Assembly (NCBI RefSeq): GCF_004010195.1
Contig: NC_057718.1
Coordinates: 13,973,001-14,037,000, forward strand
DNA length: 64,000 nucleotides
Origin: Chiloscyllium plagiosum
Taxonomy: Eukaryota
Reading direction: 5' to 3'
Below, one piece after another: positions 12,990 through 26,882 of the stretch. The notes beneath the pieces were generated by a model that worked only from the letters and a program-made list of their open reading frames with translations, did no database searches and was not told where the DNA came from. Position 1 is the first letter of the stretch. Each line of letters begins with the position of its first letter. A program made the position numbers and the translations under genes.

Positions 12990-14120
12990 GCTGGGTGCAT
13001 TATTTTTATTATTCATTGTGGGAGGTGGATGTTGTTGGCAGGCCAACAGTAATTGCCCATCCCTAGTTGCCCTTGACAAGGTAGTGGTGAGCTCCTTTCT
13101 TGAACTACTGACGTTCACATAAAGTGGGTTGACCTACACTGCTCTTAGGGAGGCAATTTTGACTTAGCAACAGTGAAGGAATAGCAACATATTTTCCAGT
13201 TAGGATGGTGAATGGTTTGGAGGGGAACTTGCAGGTTGTGATATTCCACTGTATCTGATGCCCTTGACCTTCTAAATGGAAGGTCCCGTCTAAGGATCTT
13301 TGGTGAATTTCAGCAGTGCCAACCTCAGTACTTCTTCCAAATATTATCAACATGGAGGAGTACTGATTCATATTTGCCCACGTTTAACCTAACGTCATGA
13401 GACTTCAGGTTAAATGTGGGCAATATTGAGGACTCCCAGGGCAACTCCCTCCCAACTGTATATTACTGTGCCACCACCTCTGTTGGGTCTGTCCTGGGTG
13501 GGACAGGACATATCTAGGGATGTTGATTATGGTATCTGGAACATTGTCTTTAGGGTATGATTCCGTGAGAATGACCATGTCGAGCTATTGTTTGACCAGT
13601 CTGTGAGGCAGCTTTCCCAATTTTGGTACTAGCCCCAAGACTTTGCAGGATCGACAGGGCTGTTTCTACTATCGTCATTTCTGGTGTTCAGATTGATGCC
13701 AGGTGGTCCACCTGGTTTCATTTCTTTGTTGAGATTTTGTAGCTATTGATACAACAGAATGGCTTGATTTGATTTGATTTATTATTGTCACATGTACTGA
13801 GATAGTGAAAAGTACTGTTTTGTGTGCTATCCAGGCAAATCATACCTTGCATAAGTACATTGGAGTAATAGAACAGAATGCAGAACATAGTGTCAGAATT
13901 AGAGAGAATGCTAAGCCATTTCAAAGGGCCAGACCAGGTGAGGATGGCAGGTTTTCTTCCCTGAAGGGCATTAGTGAACCAGTTGGTTTTTTTTTCCCCC
14001 ATATTTGTAATTCCAGTTTTTTTTATTGAATTCAAATTCCACCATCTGCTATAGAGGAATTCAAATTTCAGTCCTCAGAACATTAGCTGGGTTTCTGAAT
14101 TAATAATTTAGCAATAATAC
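12990..14120 (-). mobile_element. Decayed CR1-like LINE fragments
   Basis: Shares the gggtgttgctggc...cccttg...gtggtgagc type end with 47130-47400 and 9700-9830; endonuclease-like remnant. Confidence 0.55.
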
Positions 14121-16269
14121 CACCTCTATCCTATTTTAATTTAGTCCACCCCTTTCTTCCTATTTTCCCATATTTTTGGTGTTGTTGCATTAGCCCTGCT
14201 GAGTAGTGCTTGTTAATTGTTTAATTTGTCAAATGTGTAAATTGGTAGTGGGCAGCAAACAAAACATCGACAGTTTCTGCTGCATCTCCATATCAACCAC
14301 AAACCAACCAATTATCACCCACTTCTCATACTGCATAATTTTCTTCTTTCTTTCTAAAGCTTTTTTTTGTCATGCAGTTCTGATAATGCAAGCAAAAAAG
14401 CAATAATCTCATGTCTCTTTAGCCCCGTCTAAGTACTGATCAAATTAGTATCTGTTAAAGTCATCAGACAAAACATCTTTGTGTGTTGAATTAAATGAGA
14501 GTTCTTTATTTATCGCCTTTCACTAGTAGCTCATAGCTTTTTTTTTCTCTTATTTCCAGCCAGCATTCCTTCACAATGTCAGCATCACTAAATGGTTCAC
14601 AACAACTGCACTTATATTAGAAGGACTAATGTAAAATAAAACATCCCAAGATGTTTGATAAATAAGCATTTATGTTGCCTTTTCAGGATTCAGTGTACTT
14701 GCAATAATACTTCTATTGTTTTTCCTGGTGGGTGATTCTGCAGTTTCAGTGGGAGTAGTCACAATTCCCAAAGCCGAGTGCCTTGTCACTATTATATGTG
14801 GCAGCCTTAATATTGAAAGACAGCAACATTCAGCCCCTTCTCATTTTAGATTTTTAGAATGGAAGATTTTCTTTGGCTTTAAAAAATGCTAAAGAATTCC
14901 AGATCGTACATAGTCATCTATTGTGTTTAATTTGCTCATGGGGGAGGAGGGATGCTTGCCCTGTGTGATGCATGTACAGATGCAAAATAAACAAGGATAA
15001 ACACTTGGAATGAGAATGCTTAGGCCATTGCACTAAACGAATGCATGGCCAGGCAAGTTGATGCAGTGATGGGAGACGAACCAAGGTACTGATTGATGTA
15101 ATGAGAAGGGGCTGAATGTTGGATAACAGAGTGGGGAGGCCATGATGTATTTTTTAAAATCATTCATGGGATTGGGTGTTGCATTTATTGCTTATCTCTA
15201 ATTGTCCTGGACAAACTGGTGGTGAGCTACCTTCTTGGACCACTGTGGTCCTTCTGATGTAGGGACACCCACAGTGAAATCACATTGGAGATGATTCACA
15301 GAGACTAGTAAGGAGGCCAGCTACTTTGGACAGTGGCTTCAGCAGAGCAGATTTTATGGAGGTATTGTGTAGAGGGAATGGAGCCCTCAGGAGGTCAGAA
15401 GTATCATGCAACTTGTAGGAGTCAGTAGATTTGCAGCAGAGTTAGTTGAATGGCCTAACCCGGATGTAGTGAAGCTATTGCCAGGATCCAGTATTTTTTT
15501 CTGTATGTTCTATTGTTTTTTTAGAGTGAACAGAACCCCTGACACTCTTGCTTTTTTTCTTTAATACCCCCACACTACCTCCTAACTGCAGTAGTGCTTA
15601 TTTAGGAGCCAGTATTTTGTGCAGGTTTCTACATATGTTGGCACATGTAAATCATGAAGCCTTCAGCTCCCCCAAGTGGATTATTGTATATGCACCTAAT
15701 CTGGTGAAGAAATAAGCCGCTCAAGGTCATTGGACACACAAGGAAGGTGAAACCAAATATCAAACTGCTGAAAAAACACAACAGGTCAAGTTGGTATCTG
15801 TGAAATTAACAACTGATATTTACATTTAGGGTATGAACCTCCAGAACTGCCACTGGGATATGATCAGCAGATTTTTACTCTGATATCTCTATCTTCTGTT
15901 CCAGAAGTTCTGAAAACTCTTCAACCTTGGATTACCTCGTATTCTAAATGTGCAGGGTAGATCTGTCCCTTCTCTCTTGATTTTGCCTCTTTTCGCTGAT
16001 CGTCCTCACCTTCCATCCACCTTTACATTCAACAAATTACCCTGTCATTTCAACCTGCCTACAACAATGACTGCCAAAGTCCAAACCCATCCTTAGCCCA
16101 TCTCCTTTACATCCACAGCAACAGAAAAGAATACCGATACCCAGGCAGTTCCTATTAGAAATTGATTTGACAAATCAGGATGGAAGAAGGCAGCTTAATG
16201 TTAGATTAGGAATCAGCATTTAGCTGAAGACTAAAATCCAACTATCAGGTCAATGTCCTTGCTACACTG

Positions 16270-16720
16270 TTGTGCCAAAGCCTTTCATCTTTCACTCCTC
16301 AGGACAAACACAAGAATGTAAAATTTCAGATAGTTGCAACAATACCACAACTATATATTCTCAATGATAAGATGTCGACGACAAACCTCACTGATGGTAA
16401 CATCCTTTGGGGCCAAAACAGAAATAAGCAGGAATGTGTAAGCCCTCTCACCCACCCTGCATCCTCATCGCCACCATTCTTCATCTGGTCAAGAACAAGA
16501 TTCCAAATGATGTGGATATTGTCTACAGGATGGACCTGTCAACCTCAAACAGTTGAAATCCAAGAAGGAAGTGACATCAACCTCACTTGTGGAACTTCAG
16601 AGTGTGGATGACAATGTTGTTTCTGCCCTTTCGGAAGTGAACCTTTAAGCCTGACTTAGTGCCTTCACAGAAGCGGATCAAACAATTGGTCTCACCCTCA
16701 ACCTCAAGAAAACTCAAAAT
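16270..16720 (+). mobile_element. RTE-clade LINE remnant
   Basis: Remnants resembling KQGC(V) and AFTEADQTIGLTLNLKKT. Confidence 0.5.
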
Positions 16721-19282
16721 CTTTATCAATCAAATGAACAAACTGATCAGCCAATCATTGCAATCTATAACCCAGGCAGCCTTGAATTACACTGGCACTG
16801 AAATTAATATATATTGTTCAATTGTATGGTCAGCAGAATGTATTTTTGCACTGATGACATGATACAGCCCCTCAGCATATGATGGATGTCGGACTTGAGT
16901 CAGTCGTCTTCCCAAAAATGAGCCTATGAAACAGAAGCTGCCCAAGTTTTATCGAGTGTTTCAACAGATAATCTTTGATGTTGGAAAGTACCAATCTGCA
17001 AAACCCAGTTGAGGAGAACTCCTTGCACACAAGGTTGTGGATAGATCAAAGATAAACTTATACCATGTTGATGGTCCTCAAGCAACAACTAAAATGCATC
17101 AGTGTGCATTCCTGTGATCATTGCACATAGCAAAGTCCTGAATTATGGAACTTTTGGGAAGAAGCCACAACAATATCCGCTATATTTTCTCTCAAAGCTA
17201 TTTTGCAAAGGCATATTCCCAAAACAATTGAACACTTGCCTCTACCCCAGTACTGTCCCCTCAAAAGCAACATTAGACTCCAGACATGCAGAAGAAATCT
17301 GATGGGGAGGGCCCTTCTCCCCAATGGCCAACCTATATCTTGACGGTTGTTTGAACATTCTGGCAACAAAGCATTCTGCCAAATCATGTATTGAGGAAAA
17401 TTTCACATCTTTTGTGCTTCCTGTAATTTCCAATTTAAACTGTTTTCACCCTTGGGATGTACACCTGACATGGAATACATTTTGTAAATATTGAGTCAAT
17501 TACAGTCATATTCAGTGGAACCATGCTGATTGGGAGACAAGCTGAATTTTCTTGTAAATTCTTTAGGATTCAATATTAAAAATTATAAACATATCTTGGG
17601 AAAAATTATAGACACAAATGGAGCAGAGCATTTTGGGATTCTGATTGAGCAGCTCAATTCCTAGCTTTAAGACAAATGGTGATGAAGAAACTGTGGATGA
17701 TTGGACTAACGATCCTGCTTAAGGAATTCTTCTGAGGCTGTGAAAATGGTCTTCTGCCAAGCACAACAGTCTTTGTATGCGTCAATTATAACTCCAATCA
17801 TTGAGGCATTTTTGTTTGATTCACACCCACCTTAGGATCTGGGTCCCATATTTGGTTAAGGAAAATTTGCATTCTTATTGTAACAGCCTCAACATCAGAA
17901 CAGCCTAAAATGATGTAAAACAATTTAAATACATGTGAAGTGTACTCACTGTTGTAATGTCAGAAGGCAGCAGCAGATTTGTACACAAGCTCCCATTAAC
18001 AGCAATGTCACATCACCTAAATAATCCCTTTAGTGATGTTGATTGAGGCGTAGAATTTGGCCAGGATACTAGGGAGAACTCCCTGAGCACCTCCAAATAG
18101 TACCTTGAGATAATGTGGATCTACTTCATCAGCAGATATTTGAAAGACTTCACTTCCAATAGTGTAGCAGCTCCTTGTAACAAACTGGAATGTTTTGATG
18201 AATCTGCTTTTCCAGTGGAAGAGAGGATGAAGTACCAGGCATTTTCAATGTGCTTCAGAATCAACCTTCCTGGTTTAAAAACTTGTAGTTAACTTGTCAT
18301 TAATTGGTGCATTCTCCATGATAACACTTCTATCAATCAGAGTCATCTTACCAACCAATCAGCATGCACATCTCAGTGTAAATATTAGTTTTATCCTTGT
18401 ATTGGTATTCTTGCAAATTATCTTGAAGAGTACGAGACAAAAAGCTTTGACAAATGTGTGTCTTTTTTCAGTAATGCTCAAATTCTGAAATTTCTTCTTA
18501 GTGTTGTAATTCTTCGTGTGATCTGTTATGTAAGTTCCAAGTTGAAGTGCTTGATTACCATTTGGTTTCTATATGAGTTATTACTGAGCAAATAATCATT
18601 ATGCTGTTTAACAAATATTGATTATCTTTGGTAAACTTAACTTTAACAGGTTTAACTGATTTAAAAAACTTGTCCTACAATTTTCATTTCAATTACAATC
18701 TTTCAAAATAAATGCTTCTACAACAACAACCGTGCTTTACATAAAGCAAGGAAGTCAATGATAAATTTTCCATAGAAGGCAGCTGCATTATTCATGAAGT
18801 TCACGCAGAAGTACCCACAGACTTTACAATTTTTTTTGCAATGGGAGAGTAAAAGGCACATACACAACATTTACCTACATCTCAATGATTCCTTAATTGA
18901 ACTTATCCACAGGTGGCCTCCCTAGTAACAGTCATTCATGTGTTAAACAAAATGTTTAAGTTAACCAATCATGGAAGAATCATAGTTAAGCCAATTGTTT
19001 TCTCTGTTCATGAAAGAAATGGAACATCGCCTGGTCTTTTCCAAGCGTCTGGTTAGAAACACTACAACAATTCTCAACTGATTAATATCCTCACTAAGTG
19101 AAATCCAACTGTTCTAGTTATGAATAATCAGCCTCTGATAGCTGATCTTCATGACTAGTTCTTACCTAAAGAGCTAGAATCTCTTGTAGTGCAGTTGGTA
19201 GTGCCAAAGTCTGGGATTCAAGTCCCAGAGATGTGTCATAACATCTCTGAATATGTTCTTATTTAAAATCTAACTACATCTG

Positions 19283-19575
19283 TGGCAAGCTGGCACAGTG
19301 GTTTGCACTGCTGCCTCACAGCGCCAGAAACCCGGGTTCAATTCCCGACTCAGGCGACTGACTGTGTGGAGTTTGCACATTCTCCTCCGGGTGCTCCGGT
19401 TTCCTCCCACAGTCCAAAGATGTGCGGGTCAGGTGAATTGGCTATGCTAAATTGCCCGTAGTGTTAGGTTAAAGGGGTAAATGTAGGGGTATGGGTGGGT
19501 TGTGCTTCGGCGGGTCGGTGTGGACTTGTTGGGCTGAAGGGCCTGTTTCCACACTGTAAGTAATCTAATCTAATC
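19283..19575 (+). mobile_element. tRNA-derived SINE (HE1/V-SINE-like)
   Basis: A-box-like tggcacagtgg, B-box gggttcaattccc, central ctgtgtggagtttgcac domain, (taatc)n tail. Confidence 0.85.
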
Positions 19576-22500
19576 TCTGTTCCTAGCCAGGGTAACTAGT
19601 TGTTTTAGGACTAGAGAAAGTTTTGTTTTCATAACCACTGGATGTCTCAAATAACTTTACACCCAATGAAGTACTTTTGAAGTATAATCAATCAGCTGTA
19701 ATGTAGAAAATGTGACAATCAATTTGCACATAGCAAATTCCTACAACAGCAATATGATAATTTCTATAATAGTTATTGGCCTAACAAATTATGTCCAGAT
19801 CCTGCAAATGACTTGTTATTTTTTAAATTGTGCACGTGAGAAATAAAGAGTGCTGGAGAAACTCAGCAAGTTTAGCAGCACCGGTGCAGAGAAAGCAAGA
19901 GTTTCAAGTCTAGTGACCTTTCAGAACTTGAGTTAATGTCGAGTCCTGATTCCTGATGAAGGTTTTGCCCGAAACATTGACTCTTCTGCTCCTCAGATGT
20001 TGCCTGACCTGCTGTGCTTTTCCAGCACCACACTCTTAACTCTAATCTCCAGCATTTGCAGTCCTCACATGTCGAGTCTGTATAACTGCCCTTTGGAATA
20101 GAAGGTGTAACACTTTCCCATTCACCCCTGCACTTCTCAATTCCCAAAGACCCACTTGCAGATGAAGCAACATTTTACTTGTACTTTTTATGAATCAGTT
20201 CTGAAGAGGAGCCATTCTGGACTCTATGTACACTAACTCTATTTCTCTCTCCACAGAAGTTGCCAGGCCTGCTGAGTTTCTCTGGAGCACTTTCAACCTT
20301 TATTTCAGCTCTCTAGCATCTGCAGTTTTTTTTAGCTCTTTGCATGATGCTGATTTAAGGACACATTTGCTAGAACTCCCCTGTTCAGATCAAGGGTCAC
20401 TGAACACAAAATGTTATCTCTGCTTTATCCTGCCAGACCGGCTAAGTTTCTTTAGCAATTCCCTGTTTTATCTGACTTCCAACATCTGCATTTTAATTTA
20501 GTGTATAACACCCCCTATCTTCTTCAAAATGGTGCTAAATGTTCCTTTTATATCCACCTGAACAAACAGATGGGAACTGATACTTCAGTTCTTACAGATC
20601 TTTGCAAAGTACCCTAAAGTACTTCATGAGCCTATAAATTGCTTTAGGAGTGCAATCATTTTTCAAAACAAGATAATGCATCCAATTTGCACACAGCAAG
20701 CTCACACAGTCAAAACACACAAGATAATATCTTGCTAGTGATAAATATTGTCCAGGACAGGCTATGGGCCAAGTGCTGAAAAGTGGGACTAAGATGGATT
20801 TAGTTTTATTTTGTTGATGCAGACTCAAAGGGCTGAAGGGCCTCTTCTGAATGATTGTATGATACCAAAACACTTCTGCTTTTCAAAGAACATCCAACTT
20901 GTTTGACAATCTGAGCAGATACTTAACATCTTATTCAAAACTGTCTCTACAAGAAAACAGCAACTCTTTAGTATTGACATTCAGTGAGGTAATGGAATGG
21001 TCTTGCATACTGCATAGCTATCACTCACCCAAGCTCAAGGACGAAATCATTAATGCTGATCCCTGGGTTAAACAAGCGGAAGTCATTCTGGTGAAAAGTC
21101 AGATTTGAATTAAAGCTATTTCTTTGGTGTTCAAGAACTTATACAATTTTTGTTACACAAAATAAACCACTTTGCATCACATGATAACTAACCTTTTTGG
21201 TTCTGCAAGTTCAAATTTCTTTACTAAAAGCCATTAGTTTGCATGGGAACCCTGATAAGGAAATGGAAAATACTGTGAATGCTGAATATTTGAAATAGAA
21301 ACAGAAATTTCTGAAAATATTCAACAGGTCCGGTAGTATATATGGAAAGATTTGGTGGTTTCAATCACAACTTCAACTGAGAAGAATTCTTAAAAAAAAC
21401 ATTAAATTCAAAACATTTAACAGCAGGTCTGGCACTATCTAGTACTTTGGTTTTACATTGAGGCTCTGCTAAGTGTTAAGCTAGCTCTTTACACAGCTGG
21501 GTATTTCCTCAGAACCAATTATTACAAATGCCATCCAAACATTCATTACTTTTGTTATAATGTTTATTTTTAACCCTACCTCCAATTTTCTATCAAGGTT
21601 GGGCATTATTCCCCTGCTACTTCACAACTTGCTGTTCATGTGTAAACTCAGGCAAGCTAAGCGCACAATGTGATTAGAATCCCAAAAGGTTAAGAATCAC
21701 ACAGCTGAGCTGGGTCTATGTTCATGACATGAAGGAGCCAGTGTTGGACTGGGATGGACAAAGTTTAAAAATAATCACACAACAGTAGATTGTAGTCCAA
21801 CAGGTTTATTTGGAAGCACTAGCTTTCAGAGCGCTGCTCCATCAGGTGGCTGTAGAGTATTAAATCATACGACAATTTATAGCAAAAGATTACAGTGTCA
21901 TACAGTGATATATTGAACAAACCTGGTTTGTTAAATCTTTCATCTTTTAGAATGCAGTTTTCAATTCATTAATATGTAAATCCCAGAAATTCTTTTAAGT
22001 TGTCTTTATGTTCACTAGAAGAAAGTAAGGACTGCAGATGCTGGAGACCAGAGTCGGGTGTATGGTGCTGGAGCAGCAGGTCAGGCAGCATCTGAGGACC
22101 AGGAGAATTGATGTTTCGGGCATGAGCCGGATGACCTGCTGTGCTTTTCCAGCACCACACTCTTGTCTATGTTCACTGCCCATTGTGAATCACCACCTCC
22201 AGGGTCAGAAAATTATAGTAAACAGTAACTTCTTTCCAGGCAATACCTTTAGTTTTAGCCCTTTTGAGGCTTGATGAATTCCTGGGATTTGGGTTGTACA
22301 GTATTATAGTGCCCATGTTACAGGGTAGCAATGCAGAGGCCTGGACTAATAAAGTCAGGGTGAGTGTCCAAACCCTATCATGGCAGCTTTTAAAAGGAGC
22401 GAAAGTGTTGCTGACTAGGCCAGCATTTGTTGTTGTTCCCTAGATCCGTAAAATTTAAATTCAATTGATTAAATAGTATGGAAATATTGTAAATTGTTGT

Positions 22501-22764
22501 AAACTGCATCATCCTTTGATAAAATGAATGAATAAAAATATACACGTATTAAATTTGTTAATGGTGCAAAAAATGGGTATTTTCCACAACCTTTCCCAAA
22601 ATTGATCACATTTCTATTGGCATTGAACCGTGAGGGATGGAAGTGCCTGAATTTGCACCATCTGGAGGAAAACAAAAGAGTGCAGACTTAGCAGAATCGT
22701 GAACCCAACACTATGATGGTTCATTAATAAACGAGTGACACACAAAGCACAAGTTCGGGGGGAT

Positions 22765-22770
22765 TTTATT
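22765..22770 (-). terminator. Candidate HNRNPU poly(A) signal
   Basis: AATAAA on the minus strand about 270 nt after the stop, followed by GU-rich ttgtgctttgtgtgtc. Confidence 0.55.
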
Positions 22771-23037
22771 TGATAAAATTTTACAGAAAAAAATGCAGAA
22801 ACTGAAAATGTTTTAATCCTCTAGAAATTGGAGGTTCACCACATTTCACCTAAACATTACAATTAAAATGTAAAAAAATAAAAGACACTTAAAAATCAAT
22901 TAATTGATAAAGCTTCCAAATACGACCTGCAGGCACTTTGTTTTGGAATGTTTAAAAATCAAGATTAAAAAAGTTGACATCTCTTGGTTGAAATTACAGC
23001 TGCGGTGAAACCATTGTTCATTCACTCACTGCAGATC

Positions 23038-23094
23038 CTAGTAGTAGTCTTTGTTATACTGATTGCTGTACTGGCTCCAGAACTGTTGCAGTCG
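23038..23094 (-). CDS. HNRNPU: HNRNPU exon 14 (stop-containing)
   Basis: Polypyrimidine tract then atgcag|; RLQQFWSQYSNQYNKDYY*, resembling the HNRNPU FW...YY C-terminus; summed CDS 2637 nt, in frame. Confidence 0.85.
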   Translation of the reverse strand, partial: RLQQFWSQYSNQYNKDYY

Positions 23095-23796
23095 CTGCAT
23101 GATTGAAAAAAAAAGAGAATCAGAAAAATCCTAAATAACAGAAAACAAAGCTCCAAAAGCTTTTCATGGAGTTGCAGTTAACCTGGGTAAAGGGAACAGT
23201 ATTTCAAAGTATATGTAACTCTAGATGGCATGAAAAACATTGAAAAACTACCATCCCAGCTCTCTTCCATCTCTATATTTTATGCAACAGAAACACATGG
23301 ATACTTTTTTTTCAAAATACAGGTAAAGGCAGCCTTCTAGTGGCACTGAAGTGAGCTGCCGAAAGTCCTCTTCCCTAATGGTTTCAGAGTTAGTTGATAA
23401 TTAAGGTCTCAGGCATTGAGATCAACCCACAGATGAGATTTGAAACGGAGCACACCCTGTCTCCATTACCATTTCTGCTCATCCATCCTTCCACTCCAAG
23501 CTGCTTCAAGGTACTCCATAAACTTTAATACTCAAACATTCCCTTATTAGCACTCTCTCTCACAACATGAACAAAATTTGAAAATCACCTGCTTTATGTA
23601 TGATTTTTTAAAAACTGCTTTGAATAAAATCTCAAGATGATTTCATACTTTAAATACTCCAATCGAAAACTATATTAGTTTTTAAATTGGCAAAAGCCTT
23701 TAACAGACAGCTGAATATTATCAGCTTTTTAAAAACAGGACTATAGATGAATCTGATGTGTTTGCTGGTCACTATCTTGTAGTAAATGTTACTTAC

Positions 23797-23901
23797 TGCC
23801 TGCTGTTGACGGCTCCAGTTCTGTTTGTAGCCCTGACCTTGGAGGAAGTTTTCATTTCTGTAGCCTTGGTTGAAGCCACGATTTCCCCTGCCTCTGAAAT
23901 T
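23797..23901 (-). CDS. HNRNPU: HNRNPU exon 13
   Basis: 105 nt; NFRGRGNRGFNQGYRNENFLQGQGYKQNWSRQQQA; gtaagt donor. Confidence 0.88.
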
Positions 23902-25365
23902 CTGTCGCAATATAAAAAGTATTTTAGTCAACAGATAGGTGAGCAGTTTTCCACTTACTCTGACATTCAAGATGTATCTGAATTGGGATGCCCAAGTGCT
24001 CAAGGTCTAATTCCACTACTGGGAATTTTTCCATGGTATGATGTTGAGGGGGTGCTGATCAGGAATGACCCATGCGGTGTAACTAACAAGAGTTTAATTT
24101 CATTCAATGGTAAAGGTAAGCCTGCTGTAATTCTCTTCTTCCTACTGCAGCATAACCAGCTAGTACATTCGTTTGTACAAGGGATGCACTGCAGAGAAGG
24201 ACAAGATCTTCTACAGTCTCAGCAACCCAATTGTTCCAAGGATCCCTCAGACTTTATAATTGGTGACCCATAATCCTGGTCAAGTATCCAATAAATGATG
24301 CAACTAAAATGGTATAAAAATTTGATTGTCACCATTTCAAAGTTTTTTTTCTCAAAAGTAATCGTTTTATTTTTAAAGTTAACTACCATGACTAGACTGA
24401 AGTAGCCTTCCCATCTCTAATCTCCTCCAGCTCCCATATCCCCAGAGACTCTGCACCCATTTCTTTCTAGTCTTGAGGATCCCGGACTTTAATTACTCCA
24501 CCAGGAGCCTTCAGTTTCCCAGGCCTTAGGCCCTGGAATTTCATCCAAACTTCTCAAACCTTTCCTTCAAGAGGCTCTTTAAAAATTTATTTATTTGCTT
24601 TGATAGCATGTCATATGGCTTAATAGCAAAATGTTATAATAGCTCTGAAGTGCAGATTTTATCCACTGAATGTGCTGATTAAGCCCTACAAAGCACGACA
24701 GAATCAGCAAGTGGAAACAATACTGTATGAATATACTGAAATTATTTAGAAGAATTGTCCATGCCTCCTCTTAGACTTTGTTACTCTCAGTGAAAGGGCA
24801 AGAAAAGGGGGAAGGAAGTGAAGACCAGACAGAAAACTGAAGAGGAAGATTGATGTAATTAAGAACTTACGACAAAGTGGAGTCGGCCATATGGCCCTTC
24901 GAGCCTGCTTCACCATTCAATATGAGCATTTATGATCTGACTGTGGTCACAACCCCACTACCCAAGCATAACTCATTTATCAAAAATCTAATTATGCCTT
25001 CATTTAGTTCAATGAAAAAGTCTTTGCTAAGCTTTGATGGGTACAGAAACAATTTCCTCATGATAAATCCCCACACCCCAAAAATGAGATAAGTGAACTT
25101 TCTATGAACTACATCTAGGAACAATTATATCTTTCGTCAAAGAAAGGGCACAAAACAAACACAGTATTCCACATGTGGTATTGCCCAGGCCCTTTGCATC
25201 TGCAGGAAAATCTCCTTTCCACAGATTTAATTCTCCCTGCAATAAATGCAACTATTGCAAAATTATTAAGCAGTCACAGAAAAAAAAATGATCAGAGATT
25301 TGACTGAGAATACCCACATCAGACCATTTGTTTGACAAAATTTGAAGTTGCCAACTTCAATCTCG

Positions 25366-25690
25366 GGGTGGCACAGTGGCAAGCACTGCTGCCTCACAGT
25401 GCCAGGGACCTGGGTTCAGGTCCAGTCTTTGGCGACTGTGTGGAGTTTGCATAATCTCCCCATGTGTGCGTGGGTTTCCTCCGGGTGCTCCGGACTCCTC
25501 TCACAATCCAAAGATGTGCAGGTTAGGTGAATTGGCCATGCTAAATTCCTCACACTGTTCAGGGATGTGGAGGTTAAGAGAATTAGTCAGAAGTAAATGC
25601 TGAGTAATGGGGAATAGGTTTGGGTGGGATACTCTTCAGAAGTCAGTGTGGACGTTGGGCCGAAGGACTGTTTCGACACTATAAGGATTT
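25366..25690 (+). mobile_element. tRNA-derived SINE (HE1/V-SINE-like), older copy
   Basis: Same architecture as 19283-19575, more diverged. Confidence 0.8.
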
Positions 25691-25876
25691 TAATTCTTAC
25701 AGGCAACTAAAACAACTGTTTATAAGCTCTTTTTTTTTATATAAAAGTAAGATTCATGGCGCTACCTAATGAATAGAATAATTTAGAGGTCTTGGGTGCT
25801 GTGTTACACAGAAATAGTTTGCTGCCAGAGAGCATTTTCTTACAGACAAATAAAAAATTCAAAATCTATACTTTAC

Positions 25877-26082
25877 TTGTCCATAGCCTCCTCTGTTGCT
25901 GCCTGGACCCCTGTGGTTGTCTGCCACGCCCCTGTGGTTGTAAGAACCTCCTCTTCCACTGTAAGAGGGTCTTTCGATAAAACCACCTCTGTTGTAGCCT
26001 ATCATTGGAGTGAAACGCTGATTATGAGCATAGCCACGGCTTTGCTGATTTCCTCTTCTATTATACTGTCCACGGTTTGAAC
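25877..26082 (-). CDS. HNRNPU: HNRNPU exon 12 (RGG-rich)
   Basis: 206 nt; GSNRGQYNRRGNQQSRGY...NRGGYGQ; phases match the neighbouring exons. Confidence 0.9.
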
Positions 26083-26882
26083 CTGTTTGGAAAAGACAGA
26101 GCTTCTCAATATCACATTTCAATTCCATTTAATATTTCAGGTCAAAGGGGAATAAGCCACAGAACCACAAGGAAAAGAAAGGTAAAAAGAGACCAACAGG
26201 ATAGTTACTTCAAAGAGCTGACACAGACACAATGGTCTGAATGGTCTCTTTTTATATCGTATTTTTCTGTTTAAAAAAAGTAATCTTACAGAAAAACTTT
26301 CTCCTAATAAAGTTATTTCTCTAGAATGCAAATGAAGTTTGGTTCTAAAGACCAGATTCTGGGGTGAGCCAAAGACCAGGTCTTCTGTTTGATGTATTCT
26401 GATTTCAGTCAAAACTATGACCAAACGGGTCTTGGAAATCTGGAAATCAGAAAAAAAGGGACGATTCTTCACCTTGAGAAGTACTATAAACTGCTGCTGC
26501 AAACGTATTTGTAGATGTCAAGCAAGAACATGTTCCCATCCTATTACCCAGTCAGCAACTGAGACTCACAGCAGTTACAAATACTGGAGCAAAGACGCTG
26601 GAGGATGCCAGGGAAAATGAAATCATAGCCCAAAATGTTAATATCTTGAGAAGATAGACAAGCCCAGAAGTCATCTAGAAAGTGGTACTCCCCACCTTCC
26701 TGCAGAGGCTGTTGCACCCACAGGTGATATAAAAATAATTTCATTGCTGGGTAGCAATGAAAGATCAAGTTTCACATTGTAAACACGTGGCAAATTGTGA
26801 GCATTTTCCAACAGAAAGCTGGAAATGAAGCCTCTATTTGTACAAATCTGCATAAAGTACAAAGCCTGCATAATCTGCTTAC

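Noticed and set aside
19283..19360. tRNA gene
   Set aside because: A/B boxes belong to a SINE head; no full cloverleaf, and it is followed by SINE body and tail.
23758..24273. 171-aa plus-strand ORF antisense to HNRNPU exon 13
   Set aside because: No recognisable domain, non-ATG start and no splice context; likely chance.
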